Positions 35,021-44,246 of a stretch of DNA of 64,000 nt are shown piece after piece. The position numbers were made by a program, and so were the translations under genes. The stretch spans positions 322,477-386,476 of the forward strand of contig JACOXI010000003.1 of the NCBI GenBank assembly GCA_016176335.1. Reading direction: 5' to 3'. Origin of the DNA: Candidatus Daviesbacteria bacterium (GTDB taxonomy: Bacteria > Patescibacteriota > Microgenomatia > Daviesbacterales > UBA10151). The number at the start of each line of letters is the position of its first letter. The stretch's first letter is position 1. The notes beneath the pieces are model-generated. The model had not been told where the DNA came from. It saw only the letters and a program-made list of their open reading frames with translations, and ran no database searches.

Positions 35021-36553
35021 CTATTCAACAAACCCAAGCATTGGATCAGTTAAATTGGTATTTTGTCCGCTGCAGGCTGTTTGCATAACTTCTTTGGATG
35101 CAATTTCTGTAGGAGGAATTATCCCGATATGACCGTATTTTGCCCTGACTTCTTTTAAAGCATATTCATTGGGAATAACGATGTTATATACGGGACTGCC
35201 TCGTCCTGCAACTGCAATATGAGCATTTTTTAAAAAGAAGAAATATCTGAATCCCACATTTTCCCCCGGAGAGGTGATGTAATTTATGGAAAAACAAGGG
35301 AAGTTTTTATTTTTTGCATCGTTGGTAATATAATCTACCACGGCCTTCTTTTCTATATAGCCTTTGTGATAAGTATCTTGAGTGATAATGGAAAAGGCAT
35401 TTTTTAATGCAATGACCACCAAAAGAGCTGCTACCAAGATCTTCCCGTAAGGTAAATTTTTATATAGGTAATAAAGGTAAAGAGCGATAATACCCAAAAA
35501 AACAGCTTCAATATTAGTAAAATAATATTCTGAAATAGGCGTTGAGGAGACAGAAAAAAACAAAACTACAGTCAGTACCCAAATATAGAGTGGGATTAGC
35601 TCTTTTGTTTTAATCAACTTCTTTTTCACTAGCCAAAGAGCAGAGGTGAGTATCACTAATGGAAAAAGAAAATTACTGGTTGCCTTGAATGTTTGAGGAG
35701 CGAACAAAAGACTATTAATATTTTTGGTGATCACCTCTATCACTATTTGAAACTTATACCATCCGCTTGCTCCTTCACGGGGGGTGATAAAGTTTTGCAA
35801 AAGATTTGAGGTCTGTTGAAATCCATTTTTAAATTCAAAAATCATTAACGGGAGGGAAATAATAAAAAAGAGCGCTATGAAATTAAAAACTTGTCTAGAC
35901 TTTGGTAATTTTTTGGAAAGTAAGATCGCAAATGGTATTGCAGTAAGTGTGGGAATTAGAGCAATATGGATATGCCAAATCAGACCCACTAAAATGCCTA
36001 ACAATAAAAGTGCAGAAAAATTTCCCCGAGATAACATCACTAATGAATAAAAGTACCAGATAGCCCAAAGAGGTGTGGCGACTGTTGGTACTATCCATCT
36101 ATCAGCATTAACGGTGGTAATTAAAATAGCATATAAAAATGCACCAATTAATCCGGCCTCCTCTTTAAAAAGTTTGGCTAAAATAAAGTAATAGCTAAGA
36201 ATTGTAAAAAGACCCAAGAAGGTTATTGGAATAAGTACTCCAATTGGATCCATTCTGGTGAAGAGAAAGAAGGGTGCCAGAAGATAATAAAAGGCAGGTC
36301 CAATATAAATTCCGGGAGCGGATGTCAGTTGTCCAATCAGTCTTGGGTGATGATTGACAACGATATCTTTTACAACCCAAGAATATAAATCACCGTCATG
36401 ATCAAAACCAAACCTCTCAACTACCTGATATGTTCTGAAGAATAATCCTACAGCCAGAATTAGCCCCAATATAAGAAGATGCCATCTTTTTTTGAGATAA
36501 TTGACTACCTTATGCATCCCTCTGATAGTATCAGCAAAAATTTGAATGTGCAA
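35021..36553 (-). CDS. GT-C-like polytopic membrane glycosyltransferase paralog
   Basis: 510 aa. FDHDGDLYSWVVKDIV ... LIGQLTSAPGIYIGPAFYY ... DRWIVPTVATPLW ... LVGLIWHIHIALIP ... FEFKNGFQQ. Inverted paralog of 31149-32636. Confidence 0.55.
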   Translation of the reverse strand: MHIQIFADTIRGMHKVVNYLKKRWHLLILGLILAVGLFFRTYQVVERFGFDHDGDLYSWVVKDIVVNHHPRLIGQLTSAPGIYIGPAFYYLLAPFFLFTRMDPIGVLIPITFLGLFTILSYYFILAKLFKEEAGLIGAFLYAILITTVNADRWIVPTVATPLWAIWYFYSLVMLSRGNFSALLLLGILVGLIWHIHIALIPTLTAIPFAILLSKKLPKSRQVFNFIALFFIISLPLMIFEFKNGFQQTSNLLQNFITPREGASGWYKFQIVIEVITKNINSLLFAPQTFKATSNFLFPLVILTSALWLVKKKLIKTKELIPLYIWVLTVVLFFSVSSTPISEYYFTNIEAVFLGIIALYLYYLYKNLPYGKILVAALLVVIALKNAFSIITQDTYHKGYIEKKAVVDYITNDAKNKNFPCFSINYITSPGENVGFRYFFFLKNAHIAVAGRGSPVYNIVIPNEYALKEVRAKYGHIGIIPPTEIASKEVMQTACSGQNTNLTDPMLGFVE

Positions 36554-36578
36554 TTGTAAGCTGATACACTAGGTCACT

Positions 36579-37352
36579 ATGATTGTCAAATCTATCAAAA
36601 CAAGAAAATTCCTTCCACCTAAAGATGATCTTTGGGGATTATTATCAGATAACATAAAATCATTAAAGGAAAATTCAGTGGTGGCAGTAACTTCTAAAAT
36701 TGTTTCTATTGGGGAGGGAAGATGTATTCCTATTGCAGACTTTCCGGATAAAGATAAACTGGTCGCAGAGGAGGCAGATAAATATCTTCCTAGAGCTGCA
36801 GCGCCCCATGGCTTTGTGATGCATACAATTAAAAATGGTATGATGGTGGCATCAGCCGGAATAGATGAAAGTAATGGAGCCAACTTTTATATACTTTGGC
36901 CAAAAGACCCACAGAAGTCTGCACAGCGGATTTGGGAATTTTTAAAAGAGAAATTTAAGGTTAAAAATTTAGGAGTAATAATCACTGATTCCAGGTTAGT
37001 TCCCCTAAAACGTGGAGTTTTGGGAATTGCCATAGGTTATTTTGGATTTAAACCCTTAAGAGACTATAGAGGTAAAATTGATATTTTTGGTAGAGAATTT
37101 AAAATGGAAACATCCAACTTACCGGATAGTTTGGCAACAGCTGCGGTTTTGGAAATGGGGGAAGGTAACGAGCAAACCCCAATAGGTATAATTACAGATA
37201 CTCCATATTTGGAATTTACAAATACCTTACCTGGTGAAAAAGTAGGAAATTTTAGTTTTAAGATTCCTGAAAAGGAAGATATGTTTCATCCTTTGATAGC
37301 AGCTGTTAAGTGGAAGAAAGGCGGGAGCGGTAAAAAAGGGTATAGGGGTTAG
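36579..37352 (+). CDS. F420-0:gamma-glutamyl ligase (CofE)-like gamma-glutamyl ligase family protein
   Basis: VVAVTSKIVSIGEGR ... ASAGIDESNG ... IITDSRLVPLKRGVLGIAIGYFGF resembles the CofE/FbiB N-domain signature. Confidence 0.6.
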   Translation: MIVKSIKTRKFLPPKDDLWGLLSDNIKSLKENSVVAVTSKIVSIGEGRCIPIADFPDKDKLVAEEADKYLPRAAAPHGFVMHTIKNGMMVASAGIDESNGANFYILWPKDPQKSAQRIWEFLKEKFKVKNLGVIITDSRLVPLKRGVLGIAIGYFGFKPLRDYRGKIDIFGREFKMETSNLPDSLATAAVLEMGEGNEQTPIGIITDTPYLEFTNTLPGEKVGNFSFKIPEKEDMFHPLIAAVKWKKGGSGKKGYRG

Positions 37353-38275
37353 GGTTTAGGGTATAGAGTTTTGAAGAATTCAATTGTTTTTTTAAGACCT
37401 TCTTTTAAATCTACTTTTGCTTCCCAGCCTAGCTCTCTCTTAATTTTTTGGGAAGATGCAACCAGTTTGGGTACATCGCCCTGCCTCTCGCCTTTATCAT
37501 CAATTGGTACAGCGTATCCTATCAGGTTAAAAATCTCTTTTACAACATCTATTACCTTCATTCCCGTTTCGGTCCCGACATTGTAAATATTTAACCCTGA
37601 CAAAGAGAGAGGCATTATATGTGCTGCTGCCAAATCATCAATATAGATGAAATCCCGGACTTGTTCCCCTTTCCAAAATAGAGGAACCGGCTGTTTGGAA
37701 AGAACTGCTTTTACAAAATTTGGGATGGCGTGTGTTTCCGGATCATGTAATTCTCCGGGGCCATATGGGTTAAAATATCGCAAAATTGCCACATCAAAAT
37801 TAAAAAGATGATGGTATAGACTACAAAATTGTTCTGTTGTAACTTTTGTAATCCCATACGGGTTTTCCTGCACCCCTTGCGGATCATCTTCTGTGATAGG
37901 TAATTTTTTGGGAGTACCATAAACACAGGCGCTTGAGGAAAAGATAATTTTTTTAACTTGCGTTTTTTTCATCGCTTCTAAAAGTTTGACTCCACCCAAG
38001 ATATTATTTTGGGCAAACTCTGCGGGGTTTCTAATAGATTCCGAAACCTCAATAAAGCTTGCCATGTGGATTACCCCGTCATGACCGGGTAAAATTTTTT
38101 CAATAGAAGGTTGATCTAGGAGATCTGCCTGTATAAAAGTTGCTCTTTTATCAATCAGTTCTTTTTTTCCTGTAGACAAATTATCAACAACTGTGACAAT
38201 ATGACCTTGCTTAAGTAGCAGTTTTGTTACATGAGATCCTACAAAACCGGCACCACCTGTAACAAGTATTTTCAT
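37349..38275 (-). CDS. NAD-dependent sugar epimerase (UDP-glucose 4-epimerase-like SDR)
   Basis: MKILVTGGAGFVGSH Rossmann motif and catalytic YGITK (YxxxK). 308 aa. Confidence 0.8.
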   Translation of the reverse strand: MKILVTGGAGFVGSHVTKLLLKQGHIVTVVDNLSTGKKELIDKRATFIQADLLDQPSIEKILPGHDGVIHMASFIEVSESIRNPAEFAQNNILGGVKLLEAMKKTQVKKIIFSSSACVYGTPKKLPITEDDPQGVQENPYGITKVTTEQFCSLYHHLFNFDVAILRYFNPYGPGELHDPETHAIPNFVKAVLSKQPVPLFWKGEQVRDFIYIDDLAAAHIMPLSLSGLNIYNVGTETGMKVIDVVKEIFNLIGYAVPIDDKGERQGDVPKLVASSQKIKRELGWEAKVDLKEGLKKTIEFFKTLYPKP

Positions 38276-38322
38276 ATAAGGTTCATTTTATCACACTATA
38301 TAACATACATTAGTTCATTGCT

Positions 38323-39870
38323 GTGATAACATACTTAGTGATGAAAAAATTAATCGTCTTCGTTTTATTAATAGGAGTTATTTTCAAGCTATCTTTATCC
38401 TCGGACGGTCGCTTTCTTTTTAATATGGATAATGCAAGAGATTTAATTGATGTAAGAGAAATGATAGTTTTAAAAAAATTACGTCTTATCGGACCTTCAA
38501 CCGCGATAGAAGGTTTTTTTAACGGTCCGGCCTGGTATTATTTGCTGGCAATACCTTTTGTACTTTCTCAAGGTGATCCTTATTCAACCATTATTTTACA
38601 GATTATATTCTGGGTAATTGGCGGATATTTTCTTTTAAAGATTGTTTCAAAATGGAGTATGTTTTTGGTAGTCCCCATTGGTTTTTTATGGATTGCATCT
38701 GATTATATTAACTTGGCCACATCTTATGTTTTTAATCCAAATCCGATCACACTGCTTACCCCGCTTTTTATATATCTACTTTATAAATATACAGAAACAA
38801 ACAAGTTGATTTTTGCAGCATTAACTTTTTTGTTAGGCGGGTTATTTTTTAATTTTGAGATGAATTTTGGGATTTTTATACCGGTAATAATTTTCTTTAG
38901 TATTTTGTTGTCAAAAAAAGCATATTTTTTAAAAGGTTTAAATTTTTGGATTGGAGCTTCCTTTTATGTTATTTGTCTTATGCCACAAATTATTTTTAAT
39001 TTTAAACATAACCTTTTAATATCGAATGCAGTAATAAATCATCTGCAGCGTGAAAGCAAAAGTGTTGATTTTCCTAATCGTTTTCAAAGTACAACCTCCA
39101 TTTTTTATAATATTTTTATACCGACTATTTTAAACAGAAAATTACTCGCCTTTGCTATTTTAATCTTTTCAATGCCTGTTTTGTTAAAATTTATTCGACA
39201 GGGTCATAAAGACCCTATAGTTATTATAAGTTTATGCTATATTTTTATTCCCTTTACTTTCTACCTATTCTTGCCTGTTACTGTTAGTCCCTGGCATCTT
39301 GGTGGAATAATGTCAGCATCGATTATTTTAGTTGGTTTTCTTTTAAGAAAACTGTGGGAATTTAATTTAGCAGGAAAATTAATATCTTTAAGTTTAGCGA
39401 TTTTAATCTTCTATTTTTCATTATTTAATATTTTTAAATTTCTTCTTGTTGATATAAAAATTCCCAATATGGATCCTGCGCTTTTTAAGAATGAAGTAGC
39501 GGCAATAGATTACGTTTATAAATATGCTAATGGCAAAAATTTTAAAGTTTATACATACCTTCCTTCGATAATAGATTACCCCTATCAGTATTTGATCTGG
39601 TGGTACGGATTAAAGGAATACGGTTTCTTGCCGATAGAATATGCTTATGCGAAGAATAAACCCGAGTATATTTCCAACAAAGCAAAATTTTCGGAAACAG
39701 AAGAAAAGTTAAAACTTAGAGAGAATTCGAACTTGATTTTTTTGATCAAAGAGCCCAATAGAAATTACACCCGTTTCGGTTGGGAGGGAGATTTTGTAAA
39801 ATTTGAGACTGTGGATAAACACATGGTAGGGCCTTTGGAAATTGAGGTAAAAACTGAAGTTAGTCAATAG
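38323..39870 (+). CDS. GT-C-like polytopic membrane glycosyltransferase paralog
   Basis: 515 aa. NMDNARDLIDVREM ... LIGPSTAIEGFFNGPAWYY ... FNFKHNLL. Same family as the 29.6-36.5 kb paralogs. Confidence 0.55.
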   Translation: MITYLVMKKLIVFVLLIGVIFKLSLSSDGRFLFNMDNARDLIDVREMIVLKKLRLIGPSTAIEGFFNGPAWYYLLAIPFVLSQGDPYSTIILQIIFWVIGGYFLLKIVSKWSMFLVVPIGFLWIASDYINLATSYVFNPNPITLLTPLFIYLLYKYTETNKLIFAALTFLLGGLFFNFEMNFGIFIPVIIFFSILLSKKAYFLKGLNFWIGASFYVICLMPQIIFNFKHNLLISNAVINHLQRESKSVDFPNRFQSTTSIFYNIFIPTILNRKLLAFAILIFSMPVLLKFIRQGHKDPIVIISLCYIFIPFTFYLFLPVTVSPWHLGGIMSASIILVGFLLRKLWEFNLAGKLISLSLAILIFYFSLFNIFKFLLVDIKIPNMDPALFKNEVAAIDYVYKYANGKNFKVYTYLPSIIDYPYQYLIWWYGLKEYGFLPIEYAYAKNKPEYISNKAKFSETEEKLKLRENSNLIFLIKEPNRNYTRFGWEGDFVKFETVDKHMVGPLEIEVKTEVSQ

Positions 39871-40279
39871 TTATCAATCGTTTATTCCCTTCTAATTTTG
39901 CTATAGTTATTTTAGTTGTATTTTTTGGCAAGATTTTCTTTATTTTGCCTGCCCATTCAATTAGGACAATATTTTTTGGATTTGACCAAGTATCATGAAG
40001 CCCAAGTTGTTTTAAATCTTTTAATTTTTCCAGTCTGTATAAATCAACATGGAAGAGGAAATTGTTGGAATTGGGAATTTGGTGTTGGCGGATTAAGATA
40101 AAAGTGGGGGAGATGATTTTTTCCTTAATACCCAATCCTTGTGCAAATCCCTGGGTAAACATGGTCTTGCCTGCTCCTAATTCACCAAAAAGTCCAATAA
40201 CTCCACCTTGAAAATTTTTAGCCAGTTTTTTGGCAAGGTCTTTAGTTTCTTTTTCCGAATATGTTAAATATTGCTTCAC
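39860..40279 (-). CDS. tsaE: tRNA t6A37 biosynthesis ATPase TsaE (YjeE)
   Basis: P-loop GGVIGLFGELGAGKTMFTQGFAQGLGI at the canonical distance from the N-terminus. Start taken at GTG (VKQYL). The longer ATG-initiated ORF to 40327 overlaps the upstream gene by 86 nt. Confidence 0.7.
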   Translation of the reverse strand: MKQYLTYSEKETKDLAKKLAKNFQGGVIGLFGELGAGKTMFTQGFAQGLGIKEKIISPTFILIRQHQIPNSNNFLFHVDLYRLEKLKDLKQLGLHDTWSNPKNIVLIEWAGKIKKILPKNTTKITIAKLEGNKRLITID

Positions 40280-41474
40280 GTAAATCCTTACTTCGTAAGT
40301 ATACAAAAGCAAAAAGGCCAATTCCACAAGCTGTCATGAAAAGCCCAACCCAGTTTAAATAATTTGTCCGACTTTCACCTTTGACTACCGTTTGTCGGTT
40401 GCTTGATGTTGTGGCTTTTGCGGCAGGAGTAGCTATCTTAATATATTTTTCTAATGAATATTCCGCATCTTTTAAGGATATGGGCGTATCTTTCTTTCTT
40501 TGGCTTCCCGTTACACCCAAGACTTCACTATCATCTTCTTCCTCAAGTATAACTTCTTGTGCATTTATTTTTATAACTGACTCGTTACTCCAACTTAAGG
40601 ATCCATCTTCTGTATATCTTCCTACTTTAAAAATATACTCCCCTGCCCCTTCATATCCGGAGTCTAAAATATCCGGTCGGATTTCTAAATTACCCGACCA
40701 ATTTCCTTCTCCATTAGTGGTAATTTTATATTGATCTTGATATTTTATGCTGTTTTTTATCCAACTGTTTCCAACTTTTGTCAGGCCGAAATAATTTGTT
40801 CCATCTTTCTTTTTAAATGCTCCCTTAAGATAAAAAGTGGTATTGGGTTTGCCGGATAAAGACAAATTAACAACCACATTAAAAGTTTCTGTGGAATCAA
40901 TTTGAGAGGGGGTATTGGAAATGGTGAAGGTAGATGAAGAAGAGGTGGTTGAGAAGGGCGATGGGCTGGATGAGGAGTTGGGGGATGGGGAAGTAGATGG
41001 AGTTGGGGAGGGAGTTGGAGAGGGTGTGGTAAAAGCTATGGTAATATCTTTAGGTGTTTGTTGGTCAGAAGATACTTGGCTATAGCCAGAACTTGTGTAA
41101 CGTCTTATCCTTAATTTATAAGCACCCAATCCAGGATATTCTGTAGATGTTGGGGTACCGACTTTACCTTGGACAGAACCGTTCCATGTTTGGCCAGAAA
41201 CGATGGTAATAGGAAAATATTGCGTTCCAGTAGAGCCACTGTACCAACTGTTATTATTATAAGTTTCTCCAAAGTAATTTATAGAGCCATCCTTAAATAA
41301 ATCAATTCTTAAGTAATTTGTGCCAGCAGATGCTCCTGTGACAGAGACATTAATATCAAAAGTTTGATCTGAAATAGATGAGGGAATATTGGAAGTTGTG
41401 ACTGTGACAGCGAAAACGGGTCTTACCCCAAAAAAGAGGAAAAAACAAGTAAGAATGAGTAATGTGATTCTCAC
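40242..41474 (-). CDS. secreted/surface protein with two tandem ~110-aa repeat domains, a Ser/Thr/Pro-rich linker and a C-terminal TM anchor
   Basis: Signal peptide MRITLLILTCFFLFFGVRPVFA. Domain 1 (TSNIPSSISDQTFDINVSV ... GAYKLRIRRYTSSG) and domain 2 (SNTPSQIDSTETFNVVVNL ... GEYIFKVGRYTEDG) are clearly homologous. Linker TPSPTPSPTPSTSPSPNSSSSPSP. C-terminal helix LNWVGLFMTACGIGLFAFVYL. Confidence 0.5.
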   Translation of the reverse strand: MRITLLILTCFFLFFGVRPVFAVTVTTSNIPSSISDQTFDINVSVTGASAGTNYLRIDLFKDGSINYFGETYNNNSWYSGSTGTQYFPITIVSGQTWNGSVQGKVGTPTSTEYPGLGAYKLRIRRYTSSGYSQVSSDQQTPKDITIAFTTPSPTPSPTPSTSPSPNSSSSPSPFSTTSSSSTFTISNTPSQIDSTETFNVVVNLSLSGKPNTTFYLKGAFKKKDGTNYFGLTKVGNSWIKNSIKYQDQYKITTNGEGNWSGNLEIRPDILDSGYEGAGEYIFKVGRYTEDGSLSWSNESVIKINAQEVILEEEDDSEVLGVTGSQRKKDTPISLKDAEYSLEKYIKIATPAAKATTSSNRQTVVKGESRTNYLNWVGLFMTACGIGLFAFVYLRSKDLREAIFNIFGKRN

Positions 41475-41496
41475 TACCTTAATAGTAGATCAAAAA

Positions 41497-42687
41497 TTAG
41501 GGGATATGCCAATACAAAGTAACTATATCGCTATTATCATGATCCAATAACACCCCTTTTCCTACAGTTCCTGTTAAGTAACAGGCATTGGAGTCTGAAA
41601 ACTCATAAGCCATCCCGTCTGCAACAGCCTTGATTGGATATCCAGAGGGGTTGGCAATGTCTAAGCCAGTATGTGGCGGCCAGCCGGGAATATAATCTGA
41701 TCCAGATGCCCCATAAAGAGTAGTTATATCTCCATAACAGGAACTGGTAAAATTACATTTGTTACCAGAGTAGTTATCAAGTGGTGAACCGAACTGAGAA
41801 TTTATGTAAGGCTTTGGATCTACTTTATTTTCCCGTCCTACTACATTATTATTTTCCACTCTGGCATTGGTCATTACTTCAAAGTGTAGATGGGGTCCTG
41901 TGGAACATCCGGAATTACCAACAGATGCAATTACCTCTCCTTTTTTAACAGGTCCTTTTTTTACACCTACCCCGCTTAAGGCACGTCTAATAGAGTCGGT
42001 ATCTGCTCTAAGCTGAGCAATTAAACCTTGATAGCGAGCTTCATCGTTTTTGGTAATTGCCAAAAGTTCATCCTTGGCCTTTTTTTGTTGAGTCAGTTGA
42101 TCCTTATAAACAGATAATTCTTTATTTAATTTTTCCGCCTCTTGTTGTCTTGTTTCCTTATCCTGTTTTTGTTCGTTGTAAGCAAGTTTGGTAGCTTGCA
42201 GCTCATATAATTTTTTCTTATCATAAGCTTGGGCAACCTGGATGTATTTTAATCTCTCAATTAGTTCAGCAAAACCGTGTGAGGAAAAAAGTAGATCAAA
42301 GGTAGTGACGGCATTACCGTATTTATAGGTTTGAATAATTCTTTTTAATAAAATTTCGGAAAGTGTATCCAAAGTTTTGGAAATCCTGTCAATTCTTCCT
42401 GATAAATCATTAATCTCCCTTTCTAATTTTTCAATTTTTAAACTCGTTTCCTCAATTTTTAAAGTTGTAACCTTAGTTTGCCCATCAATGATGGTAAGCT
42501 GTGATTGTAAAGTCTTTTCCGTGCCTCTCACTTGTTGCAGTTGAGCTTCAAGTTTTTGGATCTCTGCCTGTTTTTCCTGAAGTTGTTTTGATAGATCATC
42601 TTGAGATTGTGCGGATACGCCAAGCGTAAACAAAAGATTGATGAATGAGAAGATAAAGATGAAAAACAAGAGGGAAACTTTTCTCAT
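41497..42687 (-). CDS. M23 (LytM) family peptidase with long N-terminal coiled coil (EnvC/PcsB-like FtsEX partner)
   Basis: Signal peptide from MRKVSLLFFIFIF and ~200 aa of heptad-rich coiled coil. M23 motifs are present, but in the order GNSGCSTGPHLHFEV and then HTGLDIANPSGYPIKAVADGMA ... YWH (see findings). Confidence 0.7.
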   Translation of the reverse strand: MRKVSLLFFIFIFSFINLLFTLGVSAQSQDDLSKQLQEKQAEIQKLEAQLQQVRGTEKTLQSQLTIIDGQTKVTTLKIEETSLKIEKLEREINDLSGRIDRISKTLDTLSEILLKRIIQTYKYGNAVTTFDLLFSSHGFAELIERLKYIQVAQAYDKKKLYELQATKLAYNEQKQDKETRQQEAEKLNKELSVYKDQLTQQKKAKDELLAITKNDEARYQGLIAQLRADTDSIRRALSGVGVKKGPVKKGEVIASVGNSGCSTGPHLHFEVMTNARVENNNVVGRENKVDPKPYINSQFGSPLDNYSGNKCNFTSSCYGDITTLYGASGSDYIPGWPPHTGLDIANPSGYPIKAVADGMAYEFSDSNACYLTGTVGKGVLLDHDNSDIVTLYWHIP

Positions 42688-42706
42688 TTGGTGTAAAAAT
42701 ACTCCC

Positions 42707-43579
42707 TTATATCTTAAGGTAACGCCTAACTGCACCCAAGGAGCCTAATCCTCCAATGACACAAGCCATAAGTAGCACCACTCCCAGTAATGCCATCATG
42801 AAGACGGGATTAACCGGCAGCATTTTTACTTCTCCCAAGTATCCTTGCAAAAATGGAGTAAAGTACCAAAGTAAAATATAAATAATTATCCAGGATGATA
42901 CGGCACCTGCAACTCCATAAAACATACCCTCCAAAATAAAAGGGTTTCTGACAAAGGATGAGGATGCCCCCAAAAGCCTCATTGTTTCTATCTCTCCTCT
43001 TCGAAGCCTTATTTTAAAACCTATTATCATCAAAATCACCAGCATAGAAAATATCAGCAGGAATCCAACTATGGAGCCGCCCACCAGTCGTATAATAGTT
43101 GTGATGGCGGTTAAGGTTTCAATAACATCCACTGGTACTATTACCTCGGAAACCACCGGCTCTTTACTTACAATTTGGGCGATAGGTTTCAAATCGTCAG
43201 GGCTTTTGGTAGATACTTCCAAAGAAGCCGGCAGTATATTGGCGGTCACCAACTCCAAGAGAGTTGGGTCATTTTTATTTTTCTCACGGTAAATTTCCAA
43301 AGCTTCCTGTTTTGAAACAAATTTTGTTGCAATAACCCTTGCTTCTGCCTTTAGGGCATTTTCAATTGTTGAAACATCCTGATCGGTTGTACCCTCTTTG
43401 AAAAAAACAATTATTTGAGGTTTACTTTCAAAAAATCGTAGAGCTTGCTGTGATCCTGCTGCAACCAAAAGAAAAGCAAGGAGCGCAAAAAAAGTTAAAA
43501 ACATCACCATTGAGGCGGCAATTGCCTGAATTGGAGTTCTTCTAATATTTCTTTTGGCAAACTCAAAAGATCTACTCAT
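42707..43579 (-). CDS. ftsX: cell-division permease-like protein FtsX
   Basis: 290 aa. N-terminal TM, periplasmic loop, three C-terminal TM helices. Overlaps ftsE by 8 nt. Confidence 0.85.
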   Translation of the reverse strand: MSRSFEFAKRNIRRTPIQAIAASMVMFLTFFALLAFLLVAAGSQQALRFFESKPQIIVFFKEGTTDQDVSTIENALKAEARVIATKFVSKQEALEIYREKNKNDPTLLELVTANILPASLEVSTKSPDDLKPIAQIVSKEPVVSEVIVPVDVIETLTAITTIIRLVGGSIVGFLLIFSMLVILMIIGFKIRLRRGEIETMRLLGASSSFVRNPFILEGMFYGVAGAVSSWIIIYILLWYFTPFLQGYLGEVKMLPVNPVFMMALLGVVLLMACVIGGLGSLGAVRRYLKI

Positions 43580-44246
43580 ATTTACCCTCCTTGCTGTCTT
43601 TTACAATTTTGCCGGTTTTTAAGACAACAACCCTTCTTTTTAAGGTATTTACAATTTCCTGATTGTGGGTGGCCATGATAATTGTTGTACCCCAGGAGTT
43701 TATTTCATTTAAAAGTTGGATTACCCCCCAGGCTGTTTTAGGGTCCAAATCTCCTGTTGGTTCATCTGCCAAAAGAACATCAGGTTTCCCTACAATAGCT
43801 CTGGCAATTGCAGTTCTTTGTGCTTCTCCTCCCGAAAGTTGTCTTGGGAAAAGATTTCTTTTATCCCAAATTTCAACCAGTTTTAAAATATGCTCAACTC
43901 CTTTTTCAATTTCTTTATTGCTTTTTCCCCGAACTTCCAAAGCAAGAGCAACATTTTCAAAAACGGTTCTCTCGTCCAGCAGCTTAAAATCTTGGAAAAC
44001 TACCCCGACTCTTCTCCTCAAATGGGGAATTTCTTTATGCGGCAGTTTTGTTAAATCCCTTTTATCAAGATATACTTTTCCAGATGTTGGTAGTAGTTCT
44101 CTGGTTAAGATTCGAAGGAGTGTAGATTTGCCAGCACCGGAGGGTCCCACTATAAAAACAAATTCGCCCTGTTTTATCTCTAAGGAGATATCATCTAAAG
44201 CGATGGAGGAGCCAAATTTTTTTGTGACAGATTCGAAGACAATCAT
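43572..44246 (-). CDS. ftsE: cell-division ABC ATPase FtsE
   Basis: Walker A GPSGAGKSTLLRIL, ABC signature LSGGEAQRTAIARA, Walker B VLLADEPTGDLD. Confidence 0.9.
   Translation of the reverse strand: MIVFESVTKKFGSSIALDDISLEIKQGEFVFIVGPSGAGKSTLLRILTRELLPTSGKVYLDKRDLTKLPHKEIPHLRRRVGVVFQDFKLLDERTVFENVALALEVRGKSNKEIEKGVEHILKLVEIWDKRNLFPRQLSGGEAQRTAIARAIVGKPDVLLADEPTGDLDPKTAWGVIQLLNEINSWGTTIIMATHNQEIVNTLKRRVVVLKTGKIVKDSKEGKYE

Noticed and set aside
37325-37368. Telomere-like gggtttagggtttagggtatag repeats
   Set aside because: They lie in the last codons of the CofE-like gene (KGYRG*) and in the overlap with the convergent epimerase gene. They are only two units long. This is a coincidental coding sequence, not a repeat array.
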